Of a stretch of DNA of 14,592 nt, positions 1 through 6,046 are shown one piece after another (the stretch's first letter is position 1; every line of letters starts with the position of its first letter). Under the pieces are notes generated by a model, which did no database searches, was not told where the DNA came from, and saw only the letters and a program-made list of their open reading frames with translations. Both the position numbers and the translations under genes were made by a program. The stretch lies in contig CAISYQ010000263.1 of assembly GCA_903889735.1 (NCBI GenBank), positions 1-14,592 of the forward strand. The letters are read 5' to 3'. This DNA comes from an uncultured Methylibium sp. Lineage in GTDB: Bacteria > Pseudomonadota > Gammaproteobacteria > Burkholderiales > Burkholderiaceae_C.

Positions 1-1779
1 GCGTTGCTCGACGCTCAACACCTCCGAGAAGCCCGGCATCCCGCCCTCGGGCCGACCATGGCTCAGCCACCAAAAGATGTCGCCGGCCGTGTGCAGGGCG
101 GTGTGGGGTTCGGTCAGGTTGGCGGCCTTGCGGGGCAGGCCTGTGGCGGCCGGGCCGTCGCCTCGGCCACCCTCGCCGTGGCAGCGGGTGCAATGCTGCT
201 GGAAGAGCGCGGCGCCCTGGGCCACCGACACCGCGGTGTAGCCGGTGTCGGTGCGCCGGTAGGTGTCGGGGTAGGCCTCGCCGCTGACCATGGCCAGTCC
301 GGTGACCAGACCCGTCACCGCGACCAGACCCGCCAAGACCATGCGCCGCCGCAGGCCGCTCTCCAGGGCGGGGCTTGGAGCACCCGCCTGCCCCACGGGC
401 GGAGCCGCTTCATACGGCCGCCGCGAGAGGCGCCACAAGGCGTGCAGCAGCACGGCGGTCGCCCCCAGGGCGATCAGCGCGGCCAGCCCGACAGTGACAG
501 CGACCCCTGGCAACTCCCAGCTCGCCGCGAGCGACCACCGAAAGGGCAGCGGCCAGACCCACTGGTCGTGGGCGGCGGGCAGGGTCTCGGTCAAGCGCGC
601 CGCGAGCAGCAGGATGAGCAGCACGAGGCCAAGCTCCACGCCGAGCCAGCGGGTCATCGACCGCCAGGGGCCGGCCTCGGCGGCCGCGGGTGACACGGCA
701 GCCGGCGAGGCCGGCGAAGCGGCGGCCGGCCAGACCGCCGCAGCGGTGAGCAACGGCGTACCGTGAGACTCTGCAGATGAGGGTCTCGCCAGTTCGGCGA
801 CCGCCGAGGCCGTGCCAGCGCCTGGGCCCATGCGCGGCATCCAGACCCAGCGCGCTCGGGCGGCGATCAGGAGCACCGGGATCAAGAGCAGGACCTTGGC
901 CAGCACCAGCTGGCCGTAGTCGCTGCCCAGCAGGGGCGCCACGCTGCGCTCCAGCAGCGTGGTCAGGCCGCCGAGCAGGTCATCGGCCCGGGTGGGCCAG
1001 TCGCGGGGCGCACCCGACTGCAGGTAGGCGGTCACCGTCCCGGTCAGCACCAGCAAGACCACCGATGCGGCGGCCAAGGCCGAGAAGCGGCGCAGCAGGA
1101 CAGCGAGACTTTGGCGGAAGGCCCGCTGCAACGCGAGCGACTCCCCTGGAACGGGATGCCGGGCCAGCCACAGCGCGTACAGCAAGGCCGGCAGGCCGCC
1201 CGCCCAGAACCCCGCGGCCAGGGTGTGCAGCAACTGGCTGAGCCCCGTCAACCACAGCGGCTCGGTCGCCGCGGCATGACCAGCCAGCACGCCGGCGGCG
1301 TTGAAGGTCAGCGCCAGGGCCAGGAGCGGCGCGAGGAGACCGTCATGCCACCCGGAGCCCGGGGGTCGTGGTGGCTGTGCTCCGGTACCCGGTGGTTCTG
1401 ATCCCCGCCGGGCGCCAGGCGGTTTCCGCCCGGTCCTGCCGGCGCCAAGAAGCATCAGCAGCATCGCCAGGGCCAGCGCCTGCCGGCATTGCCAGACCAG
1501 GCCGTAGCGGGTGTCCGCCAGCAGGCGCTCCCACTCGCCCCACTGCAGCAGGGCCTCGGCGCGACCCGTGACCGACACGAGCTGCCAGCCCAGCAGGGCC
1601 GTGTGGGCCAGCAGCACCGCGCCGGTGAGCCAGGGCGCGGCCGCCATCAGCCCGCGCCGCCAGCGGGCCAGGCCCTGCGTTCGCTCGCCACCCGCGAGCG
1701 ACATCAGGGCCAGGCCGCCCAGCAAGACCAGGCCACCGGTCCCCAGCAGCCAACGCAGCGCGGTCGCGAACGCCTCCAT
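1..1779 (-). CDS. copD: CopD-family copper membrane protein fused to a C-terminal class-I cytochrome c domain (3' end beyond left edge of window)
   Basis: Not in the ORF track because there is no stop in the window. Hand translation of the minus strand from ATG 1779..1777 gives 593 stop-free codons down to nt 1. The product reads MEAFATALRWLLGTGGLVLLGGLALMSL...AGVLAGHAAATEPLWLTGLSQLLHTLAAGFWAGGLPALLYALW (CopD-like GHA / HxLAAxxWxGG helices). Further hydrophobic helices follow, then ...YTAVSVAQGAALFQQHCTRCHGEGGRGDGPAATGLPRKAANLTEPH...FWWLSHGRPEGGMPGFSEVLSVEQR. The CxxCH heme motif lies at nt 192..178 and GGMPGF supplies a candidate axial Met. The ATG abuts the copC stop (TGAATG, 1782..1777). 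Confidence 0.8.
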   Translation of the reverse strand, partial: MEAFATALRWLLGTGGLVLLGGLALMSLAGGERTQGLARWRRGLMAAAPWLTGAVLLAHTALLGWQLVSVTGRAEALLQWGEWERLLADTRYGLVWQCRQALALAMLLMLLGAGRTGRKPPGARRGSEPPGTGAQPPRPPGSGWHDGLLAPLLALALTFNAAGVLAGHAAATEPLWLTGLSQLLHTLAAGFWAGGLPALLYALWLARHPVPGESLALQRAFRQSLAVLLRRFSALAAASVVLLVLTGTVTAYLQSGAPRDWPTRADDLLGGLTTLLERSVAPLLGSDYGQLVLAKVLLLIPVLLIAARARWVWMPRMGPGAGTASAVAELARPSSAESHGTPLLTAAAVWPAAASPASPAAVSPAAAEAGPWRSMTRWLGVELGLVLLILLLAARLTETLPAAHDQWVWPLPFRWSLAASWELPGVAVTVGLAALIALGATAVLLHALWRLSRRPYEAAPPVGQAGAPSPALESGLRRRMVLAGLVAVTGLVTGLAMVSGEAYPDTYRRTDTGYTAVSVAQGAALFQQHCTRCHGEGGRGDGPAATGLPRKAANLTEPHTALHTAGDIFWWLSHGRPEGGMPGFSEVLSVEQR

Positions 1780-2298
1780 TCAGGGGCTGGGCGCGGACGC
1801 CTTCAGCGTGAAGCTGTAGCCATGGTCGACGGTGTGCCCATCGACCGACAGCACGCGGTACTTCACCATGTAGACCCCCGGCTCCAGGGCGGGGAGTTCG
1901 AGGACGAGCAGCTTGGGATCCGCCGCGTCCACCTTTGCCGCGCCGATGGCGACCGCCCCCTGGCCCTCGCGGGACAGGCTCACGGAGGCATAGGCCGGCT
2001 CCAGCTTTTCGTTGAACCAGAGCCGCAGGCGCTGCGGCGGCTTGGAGAGCGTGGCGCGCCGTGCCGGCTCGGCCTTGACCAGCGCCGCATGGGCCAGGGC
2101 TGTGCCATGGGCGGACAGCGCCAGGAGGATGGCGAAGCCGGAGGTGATCAGGGTTGAGCGGAGGCCCAAGGGGACAACCAGGCGGGCGCAACAGCGGACA
2201 CCCCAGCGGGCCGCATCGCGGAGGGTCCAGCGGACGGTCCGTTCGGCGATCCAGGGGACCGTCCAGGAGGGGCTCGATCGTGGGGTGAAGGGTGTCAT
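1780..2298 (-). CDS. copC: CopC-domain periplasmic copper-binding protein
   Basis: This is the in-frame part of track ORF 1780..2553. The mature part reads HAALVKAEPARRATLSKPPQRLRLWFNEKLEPAYASVSLSREG...GVYMVKYRVLSVDGHTVDHGYSFTLKA. That matches the CopC signature: N-terminal His after ALA|HA cleavage, LxFxExxE, Y.V.Y.V.S.DGH..G.F.F. ATG 2298..2296 overlaps the esterase stop (ATGA). It would give an unusually long 65-aa presequence. An alternative TTG at 2170..2168 would give a canonical signal peptide, MGLRSTLITSGFAILLALSAHGTALA. Confidence 0.85.
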   Translation of the reverse strand: MTPFTPRSSPSWTVPWIAERTVRWTLRDAARWGVRCCARLVVPLGLRSTLITSGFAILLALSAHGTALAHAALVKAEPARRATLSKPPQRLRLWFNEKLEPAYASVSLSREGQGAVAIGAAKVDAADPKLLVLELPALEPGVYMVKYRVLSVDGHTVDHGYSFTLKASAPSP

Positions 2299-3254
2299 GG
2301 GTCTTTCTGGGGAGATGCCGGAACGTTGGGCGGCGCGATCGGATGCGCGGTACCAGGCCGGTGCCCGGTCAGCAGGAAATCGAGCATCCGCCCCTGCAGG
2401 CCCGGCCATTCGTTGTGGCTGCGACGCCCTTCGCAGTAGAGCACCGGCGCGCCGGGCCGGCAGCCTGCGAAGGCCCTGCAACCGTCGGGGTCGGGGGTGG
2501 CTTCGGTGGCCGTCTGGGGGATCGGCTCGGTGCAGCCGTTGCAGGCCGCCCACCAGTTGGCGGCCTCACGGCCCCAGCCGGGGAAAAGCTGGTCCTGGCT
2601 GCCGTGCATGACCATCACCGGCAGGGGCGCTCGGCAGCCCATTTCCCGCAGGTCCTGGGCGTTGAAGCCGGCGGCGCTGACGGCGATCCCGGCGACGCGC
2701 TCGCGGCTCTCGGGCAGCAGGGCCAGGGCGGTGGAGACCGTGGCGCCATCGGAATGCCCGGTGAAGTAGACCTGCTGGGGGTCGATGCACCAGCGCTCGG
2801 CCACGCTCTGCGCCACGGCGCCCAGGGCAACCACGCTGCGGCGCGACATGGGCCGGTGATCGACATAGGCGACGATGAAACCGCGCCCGGTGGCCTCGGC
2901 CGTGAGTTGGGTGAAGCGCTCGCTGCGCTCGGCGCTGGCGGTGGCAGCGGCATAGACCACCAGCAGCGGATGGGCGACATCGGGGTCGAAATTCGCGGGT
3001 GTGCGCACCTGGTAGGAGAAGCGCGGATCGGTGACCGAGGCCGCGATGCCAGCCGGCGGGATCAGCGCCTGGTCGCAGGCCACTTGGCGCGGCTCGGGAT
3101 ACGCGAAGGTCCTGGCCGGTTCCACCGCGTCCGGGGGGCTGCAGGCGCCCAAAGTGGCAACCGAGAGCAGCATCGGCAGCCGGGAGCGCCACCACCCTCC
3201 CTGGCCCTGCAAGGGCCGATCAGCGCCTGGCTTTTTCCGCAGCGCGGCGGGCAC
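2295..3254 (-). CDS. Secreted lipoprotein esterase, PHB-depolymerase/LpqC-type alpha/beta hydrolase family
   Basis: Lipobox LSVATLGAC is present. The nucleophile elbow is FTGHSDGA (GxSxG). MVMHGSQDQ is a candidate acid block. The C-terminal SHNEWPG matches the GHxWPG His block of this family. Cys pairs (AACNGC, GCRAFAGC) are typical of it. The start is uncertain: GVG 3254 is not meant here, the candidates are GTG 3254 (overlaps the upstream gene by 35 nt), TTG 3212 (gives MQGQGGWWRSRLPMLLSVATLGAC, the best-looking signal peptide) or ATG 3173. Confidence 0.8.
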   Translation of the reverse strand: MPAALRKKPGADRPLQGQGGWWRSRLPMLLSVATLGACSPPDAVEPARTFAYPEPRQVACDQALIPPAGIAASVTDPRFSYQVRTPANFDPDVAHPLLVVYAAATASAERSERFTQLTAEATGRGFIVAYVDHRPMSRRSVVALGAVAQSVAERWCIDPQQVYFTGHSDGATVSTALALLPESRERVAGIAVSAAGFNAQDLREMGCRAPLPVMVMHGSQDQLFPGWGREAANWWAACNGCTEPIPQTATEATPDPDGCRAFAGCRPGAPVLYCEGRRSHNEWPGLQGRMLDFLLTGHRPGTAHPIAPPNVPASPQKDP

Positions 3255-3921
3255 GGCCCGAGGCCCCGTAGAGCAGGAAGCCGGCCACCGGCACCAGGAG
3301 CATCAGCAGGTAGCTGCCATAGGGCGTGCGGGGCTCCCCGACGCTGAACGGGAAGCGCGAAACGTACTGCTGCTTCTCGCCCGCGGACACCAGCCCGACA
3401 TAGCGGCCAGGCTGCAGGAAGTTGTGCTCGAGCGGCACGCTGCCCGCCGGGTAGAGCCTGGGCGGCAGGTGGAGCAAGGTGATGGCGTCGAGCGGTCCGG
3501 CCTCGCCGTCTCCCTTGCCAACCTCATTCCCACCGCCTGATCCGGTATCCCGGATGATCCTGACCTCGACCGGCATGGCGCGCAGCGCCTCATCGACCAT
3601 GTCCATCACCACGACGGTGGGTCCGACCTGGGGAATGTCTTCGCAGAATTCCCGGTTGCCGTTGGCCAGAGGCTGGTAGCCCGCGAAATGCATCGAGTAC
3701 GGGCCAACGGTCAGCTTGCACTGGTCTTCGTCCATGCTGAGACCGCCATGGGCGGCAGCCCCCAGGGGCAGCGCCAAGGCGGCGGTCTGCAGCACCACCC
3801 TGAGAAAGCCAGCGGCTGCGCTGCAGATCCGGTCGCCCAGGCGGTGCCGCGCCGCCTTTCGCACGAGGCTTTCGACCCGCCCTGCCCGGACCCCGCTAGG
3901 CACCGTCGTCATGCGGCTCAA
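3220..3921 (-). CDS. Secreted protein with C-terminal TM anchor, PmoD/AmoD-like by position and architecture (putative copper protein)
   Basis: Signal peptide ...LQTAALALPLGAAA|HGGLSMDEDQCKLTVGPYSMHFAGYQPLANGNREFCEDIP. A ~150-aa soluble domain follows, then one C-terminal TM helix (YGSYLLMLLVPVAGFLLYGA) and a basic tail (RARRAAEKARR). The mature N-terminus is His. Two Cys lie 25 residues apart with Met/His between them. The gene sits immediately after pmoB. The start is TTG 3921 (TTGA overlap with the pmoB stop) or ATG 3912. CDS existence ~0.8; the functional call is much weaker. Confidence 0.45.
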   Translation of the reverse strand: MSRMTTVPSGVRAGRVESLVRKAARHRLGDRICSAAAGFLRVVLQTAALALPLGAAAHGGLSMDEDQCKLTVGPYSMHFAGYQPLANGNREFCEDIPQVGPTVVVMDMVDEALRAMPVEVRIIRDTGSGGGNEVGKGDGEAGPLDAITLLHLPPRLYPAGSVPLEHNFLQPGRYVGLVSAGEKQQYVSRFPFSVGEPRTPYGSYLLMLLVPVAGFLLYGASGRARRAAEKARR

Positions 3922-5183
3922 ACGCCCGGCCCTGTCTTGAAGACCGGCACGATCGGCCCGTAGACCTCGGCGACCTGGCGCTTGCCCTCGGGATCGTAGA
4001 AGAAGATCAGTCCGCCGGTGCGGCTGTCCACGTTCGACAGGAAGCTCACCAGCCGCTCCAGCTCCCAGGCGGCGTCGGTGGCGTCGAGCTTGACGATCCG
4101 TGTCTCGCCCGGCTGCAGCGGCGCGTCAGAGCTCAGCACCAAGCCGCTGGCAGGGACCAGCTCCTTGGGGAAGGTGGGTGATACGGCCGCCATCGCGGCA
4201 TCGACCTTGCGGTTCACGAAGCGCAGGCCGGCGGTCGTGAACTCACCGATCTGCAGCGGTTGGCTCGAACGGTTGGTGAACTCCGCGGTGATCCGCATGC
4301 TGCGGCCCGGTACGTCGTACTCGGCACGCTTGAGCTGGATGTCGACCAGCTTGGGCGACTCGGGCAGCGGTGGCGTGTAGACCGAGCCGGCCTGCAGCGG
4401 CACCAACTGCGGGAAGGCCTGGACGGTCTGGCTGTAGCCGTAGATGACGATGCCCAACACCAACACGAACAGGCCTGCCGCGACCTTGTCGTCGGTGGAC
4501 GTGACCAGCAGGTCCTCGCGCCCCTTCTGCAGGGCAACCCAGCGGGGAATGATCAGCGGCCGCCGCAGCCACCACAGAAGCCAAGCCACGCCGATCAGCC
4601 CATAGCCGAATTGCCATAGCTGCACCCGGGCGACGTTGTAGGTCTGGAGATCGTCGATCACGGTGCCGTGCAGGGTGGTGACCGGTGCCTTGAAGTCGGC
4701 CTCGTCGCCGGCGACCTCGATCCAGCTGCCGGGACCGACGATGGCGCCAGCACCTTGCACGTTGAGCACCGGGTGAAGGTGCCAGCGGCCTGGCATGCGG
4801 CCCTTCATCACGATCTTGAAGTCGTAGTCGCGACCGAGCTCGAGGTCGCGGGCCGATTGCTGGGCCGGCATGTCGTTGATGTAGGACTCCACCCGGGTCA
4901 GCACCGCACCCGGCGAGCCGTTGGACAGGAACACCAGCTTGGGCTTGCTGACGGCATCCGGCCAGTCGCTGAGCAGCCGTAATTTCCCTTTCATGGTGAC
5001 CGTCTGGTTGACGTCGAGCTTGTCGGTCGACCAGCTCATGTCATACCAGTGGACGGTGCGGGTACGGATGTAGGGCTCGGTCGCCCGCTCACCATGGGCC
5101 AGTGCAGGCTCGGGCAGCACGGTGAGCAGCAGCGTCAGGAGGGCCAGCGCCCCCAGCAGGGCTTGGCGGAGGAGGCGGCTCAT
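3918..5183 (-). CDS. pmoB: Copper membrane monooxygenase subunit B (PmoB/AmoB family)
   Basis: Internal start of track ORF 3918..5702 at ATG 5183..5181, in an ATGA overlap with the pmoA stop. The product is MSRLLRQALLGALALLTLLLTVLPEPALA|HGERATEPYIRTRTVHWYDMSW...GRWHLHPVLNVQGAGAIVGPGSWIEVAG. Two central TM helices and a C-terminal cupredoxin-like half follow (EFTTAGLRF...GETRIVKLDATDAAWE...GGLIFFYDPEGKRQV). It aligns collinearly with M. capsulatus PmoB as I recall it. The 173 codons upstream in the track ORF are an out-of-frame overlap with pmoA. Confidence 0.95.
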   Translation of the reverse strand: MSRLLRQALLGALALLTLLLTVLPEPALAHGERATEPYIRTRTVHWYDMSWSTDKLDVNQTVTMKGKLRLLSDWPDAVSKPKLVFLSNGSPGAVLTRVESYINDMPAQQSARDLELGRDYDFKIVMKGRMPGRWHLHPVLNVQGAGAIVGPGSWIEVAGDEADFKAPVTTLHGTVIDDLQTYNVARVQLWQFGYGLIGVAWLLWWLRRPLIIPRWVALQKGREDLLVTSTDDKVAAGLFVLVLGIVIYGYSQTVQAFPQLVPLQAGSVYTPPLPESPKLVDIQLKRAEYDVPGRSMRITAEFTNRSSQPLQIGEFTTAGLRFVNRKVDAAMAAVSPTFPKELVPASGLVLSSDAPLQPGETRIVKLDATDAAWELERLVSFLSNVDSRTGGLIFFYDPEGKRQVAEVYGPIVPVFKTGPGV

Positions 5184-6013
5184 GGGGCCACCTCGGCCTT
5201 CGCGCTGGCTGGGGCATCGGCCTTGGCGCTGCTGCCCCCGAAGATCGCTTTGTAGCGGGCCCCGGCCGGAATGAAGCGGGTGCCGCAGGCCGCGATCGCC
5301 ATCCACCAGAACGCGATGTACACGAAGATGCAGATGAAGGCCGAGAAGAAGGCCGAGACCCAGTTGGCGGAGTCTTGGAAGGTCCGGAGCGTTCCGCGCT
5401 CGATGATGCGGATGTACTCGGGCGTGCCCGAGCGCGGGAAGGTGTAGCCGATCAGGTCGGCCAGCGAGGTCATTTGCCCCATGTGTTCGACCGGCTGGAA
5501 ATAGGGTGCGAGGTAGATCCAGTTGCTGGGAAAGAACATCAGACCGTAGACCACACCCCCGAACACCCCCGTCAGCACCCAGCTGCGGGTGAGACACAGG
5601 ATGGCGTCCAGCGCCAGCGCGCCCATCAGGCAGGTGGAGGGCAGGACCAGGCTGATCGGGAAATGCGCCATGCCCTGCCAGCTGTGGTACCGGACGATCC
5701 ACACACCGACCAGGAACAGCAGCAGGCTGGCGGTGGCGCCGATCGGCAGGCGGAACAGGTGCCAGAACAGCCCCTGGAAGGCTGCCGCCATCATCATGGT
5801 CACGATGGGCGTGATCAACACCCAGTACTGGCGGTCCTTCCAGTCGATGAAGAAGTCCCAGTCACCCGCGAACAGCAGGAAACTGATGTGGGTCACGGCC
5901 CAGACCAGGAAGGCCGCGATCACGATGATCATCAGGTCGAAGGTTCTCGACCACTTCGCCACCTGCGGGGACATCCCGGCAACGTCTAGCACCTTCTGGG
6001 AACTGGAAATCAT
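5180..6013 (-). CDS. pmoA: Copper membrane monooxygenase subunit A (PmoA/AmoA family)
   Basis: AGDWDFFIDWKDRQYWVLITPIV and RSGTPEYIRIIERGTLRTF...VSAFFSAF are hallmark PmoA/AmoA blocks. The protein has about 7 hydrophobic helices. It is 277 aa with an Ala/Lys-rich C-terminal tail (GGSSAKADAPASAKAEVAP). There is no obvious SD before ATG 6013. Confidence 0.95.
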   Translation of the reverse strand: MISSSQKVLDVAGMSPQVAKWSRTFDLMIIVIAAFLVWAVTHISFLLFAGDWDFFIDWKDRQYWVLITPIVTMMMAAAFQGLFWHLFRLPIGATASLLLFLVGVWIVRYHSWQGMAHFPISLVLPSTCLMGALALDAILCLTRSWVLTGVFGGVVYGLMFFPSNWIYLAPYFQPVEHMGQMTSLADLIGYTFPRSGTPEYIRIIERGTLRTFQDSANWVSAFFSAFICIFVYIAFWWMAIAACGTRFIPAGARYKAIFGGSSAKADAPASAKAEVAP

Positions 6014-6046
6014 CGGATGCGCTTCAAAGGATTCTTGTGAAGGGGA

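Noticed and set aside
4-1819. Track ORFs 4..693, 290..766, 777..1241, 980..1255(-), 1111..1401, 1301..1507, 1368..1571, 1511..1819, plus 1343..2191(-) and 1489..2157
   Set aside because: Their translations are Arg/Pro/Gly/Ala-rich low-complexity sequence typical of wrong-frame or antisense reading of ~70% GC DNA. They overlap the coherent CopD::cytochrome c and CopC frames, which do carry recognisable motifs.
3203-3217. GGCCCT-gca-AGGGCC hairpin after the PmoD-like stop, considered as an internal terminator
   Set aside because: It has a 6-bp stem and 3-nt loop with no U-tract. It may lie inside the esterase coding region if that gene starts at GTG 3254. I note it only as a possible mRNA-stability element.
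5184-5702. N-terminal 173 codons of track ORF 3918..5702
   Set aside because: This is an out-of-frame overlap with pmoA and its translation is junk-like (RPVPQLAGHGAFPDQPG...). PmoB clearly starts at the signal peptide MSRLLRQALLGALALL, encoded from ATG 5183.
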